The translations under genes were made by a program, and so were the position numbers. From Kondoa subrosea (Eukaryota), in contig BCIN01000010.1 in NCBI GenBank assembly GCA_039545335.1, positions 453,804-517,803 on the forward strand: 64,000 nucleotides of DNA, written 5' to 3'. The notes under the pieces are model-generated. The model saw only the letters and a program-made list of their open reading frames with translations, was not told the DNA's origin and searched no databases. Below are positions 26,797-39,980 of the stretch, piece after piece. The first letter of the stretch is position 1, and every line of letters begins with the position of its first letter.

Positions 26797-27931
26797 TTAG
26801 ACAGATGCAGCTTGTTGTAACTCTTCGATTTCCTTATTTAGCGACTGCAACTTTTCCTCCAGACTGTTCTTCAGTTCCTCTTTAGCTTCCTTCTTTCCCT
26901 GAATGATTTGTTTCGTGCTCCTAGTATCAAATAAACCAGCCAACAACTCATGATTAACTTTATATCTTTTCCAAATCAATTCAGAATTCATCATCATCAT
27001 TTGATCCAAAGCATCTCCATCGTTTTTAGAAATAGGCATTAATGGGCCTAAATCAACAGCTGATTCTTGTTGTTGAGCTACTGCAAGTCTGTTTCGTTGT
27101 GAATTAAGTGCTGGAGGAGGAGGACCACGATTAGCGTTGGGTAACATTGGCGGAGGTCTAGATTTGACGACAGCCGCTGGTTGTAAACGTTGAAGTTGAG
27201 ATGGGTGTACGGAAGATGGAATGGGTTGATTACTTTGAGATTGCTGCATTTGCTTCATTTGCTGCTGTTGTTGCTGTTGTTGCTGTTGTCTTTGCTGAAT
27301 CTCTTTGAGGGGGCAGAATGTACGATGAGGGAGAGTAGGAAGAGGATAAGATCGAATAGGTTGCTGTAGTAAGGTAAAATGAGCAGTCATACGAAGCTGT
27401 GCTCGTAGAAATATACCTTTGCCCATTCCTCCGGCGTTTGTACTTGATGGTCCGCATTCTCATTCTTTGTATAATAGACAAAGACGAAGCTCTATATCGA
27501 AAAGATAAGCAGTGAAATCAATACACAGAAGGCTCACGCACTGGATGACCACCGCGTAAAAGTCTCCAACGATAGCGCACCCATTTCAAATACGGCTCAG
27601 ACCCTTCTGAAGGCTCATTTACACTCTTCGGAGGCAAGAAACCATAAGCACAAATAGAAGTTTCCAGCTCGTACTGCGATTGAGAATCTCTCGAAACTTG
27701 CTCAGCAGCGCCAAATCTGAGACCATCAACCAAGGGAGCAGAAGGATTCATCTGGAATTGAATGAAAGCTGTACCAGCAGGCGGCCGATCAAGCAGAATG
27801 AGACTGAAATTGAGATCTTGATTCTGAGCTGTTGCTGCCAGCATTCGGACAATTGTGTCTGTAGGAGGTACAGAAGGCATAGGTGATAAGTAGTGTACAG
27901 CTACGATCTCTCTGGGATCTGCTTGCTGCAT
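26797..27931 (-). CDS. SSR4: SWI/SNF and RSC complex subunit Ssr4-like (DUF1750), with a polyQ tract
   Basis: LDRPPAGT, DGLRF..AE, GFLP, RYRWRL..GGHP, FVYY and PIRSYPLP. Confidence 0.7.
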
Positions 27932-28015
27932 GTTTTGGGTATCAGATATGAGAGAATATTGGTTTAAAGGCAAGGTCGACCTCGAGCGGTTGGTCTGGAG
28001 AGCTCGCCTTCATCA

Positions 28016-31000
28016 ATGGCATATACCCCAGTCAGGAGAGATGATGAGCCTGCTTCGCCTGCTGGAGACTACCCAGGCTCAGAAACGTGAGGAGCAGTCA
28101 TAGATAGAGAGCTCGCGCATGTATTGATAAATATTTCATAGCGAAAACGAAGCAAAGGGATGGGGTCTCGATAATGAAGACGACGATATCGAGCTTCAAG
28201 ATTACGACGCGCCAGAAAAGGGACAAGATGAGAAGACTTCATTGGCTGGAGTGAATGCATTCTCGCTGCATCCTGATGATCCTTCTCTACCTGCTCTCAG
28301 CTTGCGAGTTCTTGTAATTGGATTGCTGTTATGCTGTGTTGGAAGCGCTGTCAGCCAGCTCTTCTACTTCAAGAGCAATGCTCCTTCCTTCAGCTCCTTC
28401 TTTGTCATCTTGATCAGCTTGCCTATGGGGAATCTTGCAGCAAAGTATATGCCCGACAAATCGATCAACCTGTTTGGACTTGACGTACCGCTCAATCCTG
28501 GCAAGTTTAGCATGAAGGAGCATGTCTTGACTACAATATTGGCAACTTCTGGAGCAGAGGCAGCTTATGCAGGAGATATCGTAGCAATTCAGTTGTTGTA
28601 CTATCATCAAGACATCGGGTTTGTCTCTGGCACTTCGATATAAAGCCGTCTCACGTTACATCCAGACCTATTGGCGGTATCCTCCTACTTCTTACGACTC
28701 AACTCATTGGCTTCGGTCTAGCTGGCTTGGTGTACAACATATTAGTGAAGCCCAGCATAATGGTTTGGCCTTCCTCAATCCCAATTGTTTCGCTTTTCGA
28801 CACATTACACGGTGGAGCCAATACATTGACGCAAAAAAGATTACGATTCTTCACTGCTGCTTTCCTTGCAATCTTCGCGTGGCAATTCATTCCCGGTATC
28901 TGGGCACCTGGTTTGACTTCTTTTGCAACACTTTGTGTGATCAATAACTCTTCGTCAGCTATGAGAGTACTTGGTTCGGGTTACACTGGATTTGGGATAG
29001 GCAGTCTTAGTTTAGATTGGTCGGTCATCGGTAGTTCTGGAGGATTGATCGTACCGTGTATGTCTATACATGCGGCTGCTTAATGACAGATGAGCTCACA
29101 TGAAGTATTTAGTCTGGGCATCTGTGAAGTAAGCTTCGTATGAGCCACGACGTAGTCATTTAACCGCCAGGCAGTTTCTTTGTCGGCATTGGCGGAATGT
29201 GAGTGATCGACCTATTGATTAGCGTTGACTATCTGACACTGGATACAGGATGTACATTATCGGTCCAGCTTTACACTTTAGCAATTTCTGGAACAGTCTG
29301 TCATTCCCCGCTCCAATAAGCGCCCATCTCTATAATTCGGACTACGATGCATTCAACGTCTCAAAAGTGGTAACTCCCGATCTTCATTTAGATGTAGAAG
29401 CGTTCGAACAAGCGAAACCCAGTATGTTCATTTCTGGGCATCTTATTCTTCACTTGTATACATTTACTCATTCGTTTCTGTGCAATTTCATCAAAAAAGT
29501 CTTGCTCGCTCCATTCTTCGCTTTGACTTACGGTATTTCATTCGCCGTCCTTTCAGCCACTATCGTTACTGTTCTCTTATGGCACAAAGACACCATCTTC
29601 TCTGCTTTCAGCGGTAAAGAAGTACAAAGCGATGAGAATACAAGGATTGTGGAACAAAAGTGAGCCCAAATAGCGCAATTGAAAGTAATAGAAGCTGATA
29701 CAGTGCAGTTACGGATTGGTTCCCTTCCGCTGGTACTTGATTACATTTGGCAGCATGGTTCTTCTGGCAACCTATGTTGTTGTTGCCTATCCTCTACAAT
29801 TACCCGTTTGGGGATTGTTTTTGTCCATCTTGGTTGCAGCGGTTTTTCTAGTGTAAGTCATGAGGCTTCTCCGCGGTCTTCATCTGAACGAGGTTCAGTC
29901 CGTGTGGGATTATCGCTGGTATTACAGACACCCGAATAGGACTGAATGTCATTACGGAAGTGAGTGCTGAGCGCTGAGCGACTAAGTAATGCTGTTCTGA
30001 CGCTTCGATAGTTCGTTGCTGGCTATCTTCTGCCTGGTTTGCCGATTGCCAATGTAACATTCAAATGCGTGCGTTCATCTGACTCGTCATCTCTACTGGC
30101 GAACTGATCGAATTCCTTTACAGTGTGAGTCAGGCTTCTAGTATCATGTTCTACTTCCTCTCAACCCAAACAGACGGTTATATGGCCATGAATCAAGCTC
30201 TGGTATGTCTGATTACTAGAAAAAGTGATCTAGCTGACCCTGCAATTAGGCATTGGCAGCTGATCTGAAGCTTGGTCTATATCTTCGAGTCAGCTAAGCG
30301 GATAGCGGCAGTGCTAAAGCTCATTCAGTTCTCTTCAGATTCCACCCAAACATATGTTCTTCTGCCAGGCATTGGGCACAGCGGTCGGTTCAGTAGTCAA
30401 TTTCTCGCTCATAAAAGGAATCGTTGCGTCAAAGAGAGACTACCTTGATGGTACAGTAGAAGGTTGGTGACTGCTTTGTGATCAACTACTTGCTCATTGG
30501 CCTCTTCTAGATCCTACCGGTCAATATACGGGCAGAGCACCTCAAATCTTCTATTCCGCCAGCGTGATATGGGTAATTCTGTCGAATCCAAGCTGTTCGA
30601 ATACTACTCACTTTCCGCTAGGGTTTGGTAGGACCTGCACAATTCTTCTCGGGGCAATACCGCGTGCTATATTGGGGTTTCCTGATAGGCGCATTCCTGC
30701 CTCTCATACCGTGGCTTATCTGGAAGAGATATCGTGAGCTCGTTCTTGCTGTTGGAACTTCTTTTGAATATGGTGCAGCTGCCTTTGGCAAGCGCTTTTC
30801 TCTGGACAAAATCAACTTTCCTAGTACGCTTTGAGCAAGAGATTCATCATATGCTGACCTTTGCTTTAGTCATTCTGCACGGTGCAATAGGTGATTCTCA
30901 CCCTCAGGCATTGTTACATAGCTCATGTATGAATAACAGGGCCGCCACAGACTCCCTCGAATGTCGTATTAGTTGGTCTGATGTCTGCCATCGCTTCTCA

Positions 31001-31224
31001 ATACTGGGCGATACGATACAAGAAGGAGTGGTTCACAAAGTACAACTGTAAGTGTGCATTGCTCTCATTGCTCGGGCTCATTCGCGTTCATAGATGTATT
31101 ATCATCTGCGCTGGATGCAGGTACAAGTATTAACGCCTTAGTAATTTACGCCTTTGGCCTTTCGAGTTTAGCATTTGCAAATTGGTTTAACGACCCAATA
31201 GATACAGAACATTGTAGAAGTTAA
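28016..31224 (+). CDS. OPT family oligopeptide transporter (about 20 introns)
   Basis: DDPSLPALSLR, LNPGKFSMKEH, P.MVWP, GLNVITE, ANVTFKCYGY, DLKLGLYLRIPPK and KYNYVLSSALDAG. Confidence 0.95.
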
Positions 31225-31288
31225 TACATGTATAATGATGCATTAGGTATACCGGATTAAACACACGGGCTGCAAATCCTGGCCCAGC

Positions 31289-34249
31289 TTAAGTTGCTTT
31301 AGTGGTAGACTTGCGCGCCAAAGCCTCTGCTTCTTCATCAGGTAAACCAAGAGACGATTCCCTTTGCTTCTTCCTCGGCGCCCAATGGCCCGCAAATGCC
31401 TTGAAAGGATTACTTGGTCTACTTGAGCCGTCCTCCTCCTCGTCGTCATCTGTTGGACCTCGTGTAGGGAATGGTAGTGGCACATCTCTGTGAATCAGCG
31501 CGACAGTTCAGACTAGCCACCGATAGAAAAGAAAGAAAGACTTGCCGAGTGATACGAAATGCGTCCACGTTACCTGTTCGTATACATTAGGTGAATCAAA
31601 CATGCAGAATGCAAGAGAAGTACCGATGTGTTCTGATTCGAGACGGAAGAATGACCACATCCACCTTCGGAACTGTATAACAGTGCTCAACGCAAGATAC
31701 GTCGTGTCTGAGTTCAGCAACGCACGACCTCTAGTACTATATAATCGTTTAGCTATGACGCAAGTGCGACAACCGAAGTTACGACTTACAGCCCACAGTG
31801 AAGCCGCGCACAGGGATGCTCCAGTTCTCAGCAGGAATGACATATAATATCCAAGAGTAGCGCAAGAAGACGTCCAGCACTATAGCGATATAGTAGCTGT
31901 AAATTGCACCTTTGTACGCCAGACCGTCTCGTAGAAGAAAATGCTTGGCATGTGGTTTGAACAAATTCCAATCCATAAGCAGATCCCACGCAAGCTGACA
32001 CGGGATCAGCGAGAGACGAATTGACGTGATGTATCACAAACCGAGTAAGTCGAGTTGATGATGGCGAAAACGATAAAAACGGCCAAAGATACACCGCTCC
32101 CGGGCGAGCCTTTCATTCGCCAATCAAAGTAGAGCCAGAAATACAGTATTGTCATGCAGTATTTGCCGAAATTCAGCAAATGGATATAGAAGTAATCGCT
32201 ATCGCTATAACGCCTTAGAGATTGAGCAGCACGAATCATTGAGGGTATGGATGCCAAGATCGGAGAAGCCCAGGTATTGTTTGTTGAGCACTGAGGTGGT
32301 ACATTATTAAAATTCCGATGATCTTTAGTCACAGATCAATGCCTGTACTCCCTGGAGAGCTCGTTGAGCCACGCACATGCACAGATGAAATAGCCAATAT
32401 TATAGAACATGTATTGCTGAGAAACCAGTACTACCAGCTTGTTGTAAATGGAAATGAATCAGAGCAGGAAGAAGTAAACGCGTACAATCGCCAAAGTAGA
32501 AGTCAGTGAACTCTACCCTTACTAGACCAAAAGCGAAAACCCTTGCAAATCGACTGATTAACCACCAGCGAGCATGAAGAGAGAAACCGGGAAATGGATT
32601 CAAGCATATAACGATTGTTACGATCAGGAAGACCATAGGCCAAGCATGAGGTGAAATATGGTCTGGCCAGAAATTACTGAAGGATAACCATAAGCTGAGA
32701 CTGAGTAGGAAGAGGATTAGGGAAGGGAGTTCCAGGTATGCGTGGAAATCGTTCGTATGTCGTTCAGGGAGACCCATGATGAGAGGGTAATTGATGCGAG
32801 CATCTAGTGATGAGAGTTAGAGGACACATGTATATAAATTAAGAAGACATACGATTCCAAGCCAGCAGATTCACGGCCAGGAGATTTGCGAAAAGCACTG
32901 GAAGAAAGAAAGCTCCGTACAGCTGCAGAAGCGCTGGCCACTCCGGTATTGCAGCTCGGGTTTCGTTTTGAAAGCTTTTGACCAAAGCTTCAATGAAGGG
33001 AAACAGTGCCAAGCCGAGCAGGAAACCTGATGCGCCGGAGGAGCGATCTGCATCACACATTAATTTAAGGCTACGGCTAGAGTTATTGGCATACAATACG
33101 TTTTACTTCTACCTTCGCTACGTAGCTTAGCAAGAGCCACTTTTCTTGAGCCATTGCTGAAGTGATGTGTATACAAGTCTTCTACCAAACTTGTCACTTC
33201 TTCCAATTTGGTTGAAACAGCAAAAGAAGAGGTTCCGACTTTCTGCAAGAATTGTTCACTACAAGGAATCCAGGTTGCCTTTTCGTACTTCTTTAGAATC
33301 TTGCTGAAGCCCGTCTGATTCAGTGTACGATAGCTCCTCAATATCGCAAGAAGCTTATGTAGTTCGTATAGAGCATTTTTAAGCGACCGTTTTGCCGAAG
33401 AGTAGTGTTCTGGTTTGAGCTGGAATTCGCTCTGCAGTGGTGTTACGATGTGGGAGAAGATATTGATCACTTGTGGCGGTTTATGATCCTTTTTGTGGGC
33501 ACCTTCTTGCTGGAGGTTGCGCTAGAAAACCAGAAGATTAAAGTAAGAACATAAGATCGGAAGTAAAGACGCCAACATGTCTTTCAAGATCGTCTAGCTG
33601 TTTACGAATTGCCAGAGCTCTTTCTGCCGCTTCGCCTTCTCGCTCGAGGTAGAACGCATTGACTTTAGACAGCTGTTACATTGTTCAGATGCTGTTTCAG
33701 CTCAATGACAAAGCTGTCACTGACTTCTTGATCCAGCACATCAAAGAATTTCTTCTCTTCAGAGGTCAATTTAGGCAAGAGTTCTTCAAGAGGTATATTA
33801 GGTCTGTATCGCCAATGTGTTTTCGAAGAGCCAGGTTTACGGCGTTTCAGATTCGGAGGACTAGCTTTGTTACCTTCCAGGCTCGATACGAGCGAAGTAG
33901 CTGTATCATTTCTTCGTAATCGAGGTTCAGTGTTAGATCTGAAAGAAGCAGGAGATGCCGTCCTGTTATCGGTAAGTACAGAGTGATCTTTGAAAGATTG
34001 ACGTGAAGTTGCGCGACTAGTGGTAGCTTGAGCACTACTCCCTAATTCCTTATCGTTCTCTTGATCGCCTTCATTTGCTTCAGCTTCTCGTTGATCCTCT
34101 AAATCACTTGAATCTGGTGAAACTGTTTCAGCCAATCCTTCCTCGCTAGCAACTGCTTTCTTGATCAGCTTCTTGAGTCGTCTGTAGTCCAAATAGGCTC
34201 TCTGCCATTCAGGCTGAGCGTGTTCCTTCAGCAACCGCCCAAATTTCAT
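31289..34249 (-). CDS. SYG1: SPX-EXS domain protein (Syg1/XPR1 phosphate-exporter family)
   Basis: SPX motifs MKFG...PEW..AYLDY..LKKLIK and LNQTGFSKILKKYEK. EXS motifs VEFTDFYFGD, MDW.L and RRWMWSFFRLESEH. Confidence 0.93.
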
Positions 34250-34490
34250 AAACAGGTATTTTTATGCAAGATAGCTTGGCGAGCAATGACAGATAGACGA
34301 AGAGATCACTGTTGCAAAGCGTCGCGCAAAGATGACCACAAGTTGCACACGGAATAAGATCACAAAAGTATAACACAGCGGATATAGACAGGTCGCTATG
34401 GGAAAACATGTAAAACACATTTATCAACAAAGTGCGCTATTCTACATAGTTTCTACATCTCCAATTGTCCCTCTTGACCAGCTTGACCCT

Positions 34491-37090
34491 TCATAACATC
34501 GTAGCAGGAGCCGCAGCGGCAGCGTTTTGTTCTGCAGTAACATCTCTTCCGCTGATCCGTTTACGTCAGCATAACATAAGCAAAAGAGATCGAAAAGAAC
34601 ACTCACGCAGAGCCTGTAGGCGCATCTCCAGCTGCAGCAGCTGCAGCATTATCCGTTCCAACTTGATCAGGTCTTCTGCGGCGCCTTCTTCGGGGCAAAG
34701 TAATGAATTTCGGGAGCTACGGTTTGCAATCATAAGCATTTTCACGTATGAAGCAAGATTAAGACATACTGGTCTGGAATCCAGATCTAGAGCGATATTA
34801 GTAGCAGCTTGCAACTGTGAGACACGATCAGCTTGAATAGTTGATCAAAGAGGCAAATACTGACTGCTTCTATCCAATCAATAACACCTCGATCATCCGC
34901 AGCTTGCAGCAGAAATTGTTCCCCTTCTGCTCTAACCCTAATCACATGTTTCCTTTTGAGATAATCAGCAGCCAATCCACTTTCGGCTCCTTGCAAAGAA
35001 TAGTGCTTGACGACCAATTTGTTACCGCCTACTAATTTCTTGCTCAAGATATTGGTAGTTATATTCGTAGGTGCTCCATCATAATGACCTTCATGAACAT
35101 GCATCGCTCTGGTTCCTTTGTCTTTGACGATATTGTCTTGCACATTGACTAACAAAGCTGAATCTGGATTAGAGGGATCTGCAGTACTGTTAAGACCTTC
35201 TTCGTTGAGTTTACCAGGTCGAACATGTTCTTGATCCGTAGGAAAGAAAGCGACTGAAGGTTCAGGCGGTGCAGAAACACCTCTCACTCGTGCTCTTGTT
35301 TGAGGATCCAATCCACCATTTTGCGCAACTGAAAAAGGTTGTCGAACAGAAGTAGGCGCTACTTGATTGATCAAAGCATCTAGAGGTGCATCCCGCAAGA
35401 TCTTGATGCTCGTTCCGTGTAAAATCACATAACGTCTTTTCCAAGTTCGATTCGAAGCTTGTTGACCAGGAGCCGTAAATTCTACTTTTCTTGGCATCCA
35501 TCCTTCAATATGAACTGCGCAAGAGTAATCCGGTAATGGCTCTCGACCTTCATCTTCTCTAGGTGTGATAAGCGATTCTTCCGAAACAGCTTTGAACCAA
35601 GGTATTGAAGTATAAGGAGGTGCGTCTCTTCCTAATTCAAACATTGAGTTGCGCCGAGGTGATGCAACTGCAGGACTTTCTTCCGCTGCTGCCGCTGCTG
35701 CCGCTGCTACCACTGCTGCCGGAACATCAGGTAGATCATTTAGCTGGAATGGCGCAGAGTTCGACCGATACTGTTCAATCTGCTGTTGTTGAGTATTTCG
35801 GGTAGCTTGTAATTCCAACATCTCCCCAGCTTCGATCCGAGGCGAAAGAAGACCAGATTGTAATGTATTGGCAGCTGATGTTCTTGCTTGGAAAGACGGT
35901 CGGCCTGGAGTAGATACATTGGGTCGACCTGGAGTGACAGGAACAGGTGAATTGGCAGTAGGAGTTACGGCGTCATTTCTCGTTTGAGAGGCATTTCTTG
36001 AATGAGGATGAGGAGCGAAATCAAAGTAAGATGTAGATGGACTTTCGTTTGAACTACTACTTGGCCGAGCAGTAACCATAGGTGTAGGTGTATAGGCCGC
36101 AAAGGTTGTCCATCCTCCTCTTGCGGGCGAAGCATTAGGTGAAGCGGCATTAGCAGACTGCGATCGACCACGCCGAGGCTGTTCTCCCTCTGCCTCCTCG
36201 TCATCTTCTAGCACTGGTTCTGGATCTTCATCCTCGTCATCATCATCTGATTCTGTTTCCGCTCCGCTGACAGGAACATCTGTGTCTTCGCTTTCCGATA
36301 CTGAAGCCATACTATTCGACGGAGGTAAAGCAATCGGTGCTGGTTGTGACGAATTATTGCTGAATGATGGCATCCGGAGATTTGGCAAACGCTGAGCTGA
36401 ACTGAATGAAGACGTTGTTGCCAAAGTAGGTACTTTTGGGCTAGAAGTATATGAAGCCAGACGAGGAAGAGTTCTCATTCTTTGCGCTGTGTGTTCGTTC
36501 GAATCAGAATCTGCTTCTGATCGCCATGAACCGGATACGCTTCGTGGTATATTTGCCCGCGAATTGGAGCTTGACGAAGGTGCAGCTGGCGGTCTTGAAG
36601 GAAATAAATTTCTCCTACTTGACGGACTTCCATTCAATCCAGGCCTTGTCGAAGTGATATTTGGGTGAGTAGCAGCTGTGCGAGGCGTGACAGGTGAAGA
36701 AGTCCGAGCGGAGATTGGAGAGATTGGAGAAATTGGTGTGGGAATGATTGCATCTTGATCTATTCTAACATTTGACTCTCGAGGAGGTGAGTTATTTAGA
36801 CCAGTAGTTGAAGAGAAGGCAGAAGATGCGTAGGATGGAGTAGGACTGGAATTTGATGCTAAGCTAGAAGTCGATCTTCCCATGTCAGCACTTCCAAAGT
36901 TTGCATCGCTTTCGTTGGACTGAATAGAACTTCGAGAAGCATTGTGTGCTCCAAGGACTTTACTGAGCGTGGAGCTTCTCAATCTGGAAGCAAAGCCTCG
37001 TTTTGTAGTTGTATGATCTGCATCTTCACCATCGGGTTTGCTTGTTGCAGCAGATGTGGGTGTTTTACTTTGAACAGTCATAGTTGGCAT
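34491..37090 (-). CDS. PH-domain protein with a long disordered N-terminus (YHR131C/YNL144C-like)
   Basis: EGREPLPDYSC, RKVEF....RTWKR.YV.LHGT and YSLQGAESGLAADYLKRKHVIRVRAEGEQFLLQ (split PH domain). Confidence 0.8.
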
Positions 37091-37696
37091 CCTTTGTGAC
37101 TGAACCGAGCCAAGTCCGGTCGAACAATGCAAATTTCTTATTCGATGTCAGGCCGCCGAATACGCTTCGGATTTCAGGCGTTGCTGGGGCTGCCTGTGTT
37201 TTGCGTGAGTGGGCTAGAGCAAGACTTTGCTCGACAATGGACGAACCTGTCCCAGTACAGCAGAACTTATTTAATGCTGCTTATTTGAGTATTTTGTGTG
37301 ACGATCGTTACTATTTTAAACGAAAGACGTTGGTTCGAGCAGAGCTTCAATGTGGTCAAGTTCAGATGCTTAGGCAAGTCGTACACAGGTCGTGAAGAGC
37401 AGAAGAGAGAACCAGGGTAAGCAGAAAGGGCTACTAGCGATGCGCCTGCCGAGCTAATTGATATACTCGCCGACTTGTAGCGGGGCTCTCTTTTGGAAAG
37501 GGAATCCCAGGATGATACGGTATAGCCAGCGACTCTAGAGAGGCTGCCTCTAGGAAATAAAATATAGTACCTCGTCGATTGTTGCAAACAGGGCGTCCGT
37601 CTGAATCTTGGCTCAACTCGATCACTTTTAACTTAGGCGTTTATATTCAAGTAGCTTAGCTAAGCTGTGAGGCCAAAGGATACAACAGCGACTGAA

Positions 37697-39931
37697 ATGT
37701 GCAGTGCATGTGAAGGGCAGCCGGAAAGCGACAAGCCCTATCATGTCTGTGTTCTGACTGGTGAATTCTGCTTATACAACCCAACAAATCCGCTAAAGCA
37801 GGCTCCTAGTCAGCGATACCGCAGCTGAAGATGCTTCAACCGATAAGAGCGGTCCAATTCTCAAATCCCTACTGGACTCGCATGACCGTTTTGTGGTTCT
37901 CGAAACTGCAATAGTACCAGATGTGCTGGATAGGATTCGGTCGCAGGTGGATACATGGAGCAGTCGACCGGGAGTACAGCTCATTTTGACCACTGGTGGA
38001 ACTGGATTTGCTCCCAGTGATGTCACTCCGGAGGTATGTCAATTGTATATGCGCACTGTGCGACACCTGATCTGAACAGGCCGTAGCTCCTCTGATAGTC
38101 AAACAAGCTCTAGGTCTCTCCCATTTGATGCTCTCTTCTTCCTTGAAGATTACACCCATGGCAGCTCTCGGTCGACCGGTCTGCGGAATGACAGCGTCTC
38201 AATGTCTAATCATCACTCTTCCGGGCAGCCCAAAAGGAGCCAAAGAAAATCTTGAAGCTCTTTTACCTGTTCTTCCTCACGCTCTCAAACTGGCTGTCGG
38301 GACGAGCAGTCGCTCTTTACACGTCAACGGTGCTCCCGAAGCGAATCAAGAGTCGTCGTCTACTTCTGCCAAATCGCGTACACATCAATCACACTCGCAT
38401 ACTCATTCTTGTTCACATGGACATAAAGAACCAATATCTAGATCCCATAAATCATCAGACCCATCGAAAGGAGGTAAAGTCTTGCTCTACCTTTCGCGCT
38501 ACCTCCTTATTTAATCCTTCTCTCAGCTTCCGCTCGACATCGCTCCTCACCTTACCCAATCATTCCAATGTCGAAAGCTCTCGATCTGATATTCGAGCAC
38601 ACTCCAACTTTACCTATTACCACATTACCGATCTCTTCAAACCTGAGAGGATACGTCCTAGCAGAAGATGTGATTTCCAAACGAAATATACCTTTCACTT
38701 TTACTACCAACGTAGATGGTTATGCTGTTCGTTATCAAGATGGTCCAGGAGATTATCAAGTATGGACTTCAGCTGAACATGCTTCAACGGAAGAGATACC
38801 CAAAGGCGTCATTTATAGAGTCAATACTGGTTCGCTTGTACCTCCTGGAACTGATGCTGTTGTAATGGTCGAAGACACGGAAGTCGTTTCTACTGAATCG
38901 AGGCTAGGTAAAGAGGAGGAGAAGGTTGTGAGAATATTGGTACAAGTGGAAAAGGGAGAGAATATGAGGAACCCGGGAAGTGATGTGAAAGAAGGTCAGA
39001 AAGTCTTGAGCAAAAGAACGGTTATTTCAGAGTTCGGCGGAGAGTTGGGAACATTACATTTTGTTGGCCAAAGGAAGGTAGGACGACTGGGTTGCTGAGC
39101 GCGATGAAAGCGCTAAGCTGATCTGTACGCCTACAGGTCAAAGTCTTTGGCAAACCTACTGTGGCTATATTGTCTACTGGCAACGAGCTGGTTGATCTTG
39201 ACGAAGACAACGCTTCTTCCTCGAGTGCTATTTTTGACACCAACAGACCGGCTCTACGTCTTCTTCTAGAAACAGCTGGATACAAGGTTGTGGATCTGGG
39301 TATAGCCAGAGACGATGTCAATTCCACCACAGAGGCGCTAAGAAGAGGCTCAGAGCAAGCAGATGTGGTCATTGCTACTGGCGGAACATCTATGGGAGAA
39401 GTTGATCTGCTCAAACCTGTTATTGAGCGAGAATTGAATGGAACGATTCATTTCGGTCGAGTTGCTATGAAACCGGGGTGAGTCTTATTCCAGACGTTGT
39501 TCAAGGACTGACCTTTTGGCGGTAGCAAACCGACTACTTTCGCTACTATCCCTTCCAGCAAAGGATCGACACTTATTTTCTCTTTGCCTGGTAATCCAGC
39601 GTCAGCTCTCGTAACATACAACCTTTTCGTTCTTCCTTCGCTCCGAAAACTCTCCGGTCATCCTGAAGATTCATGGCAATTGACGCGTTGCAAAGTACTG
39701 CTTACGTCTGATCTGAGAATAGACGACAAAAGACCTGAATTCCACCGAGTCAATGTTAGCCCTAATGCGCAAGGACAACTTCAAGCTACTTCAACCGGAA
39801 GTCAAAGAAGCTCAAATGCCAGTAGCATGTCAAGGGCAAATGGTTTGATATGTTTGCCGTCGAAAGAAGATGCTGGTGATTTGAAAGCGAACGCGGGCAA
39901 TTTAGTGAATTGTATTCTACTAGGTTTCTGA
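37697..39931 (+). CDS. cnxE: Gephyrin-like molybdenum cofactor biosynthesis protein (MogA G-domain + MoeA E-domain fusion)
   Basis: [53 protein letters not shown] and LPGNPASA. Confidence 0.93.
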
Positions 39932-39980
39932 TCTGAATGATGAGTATGCATGCATCTATTTTACAAGGTTAATCATGGTA

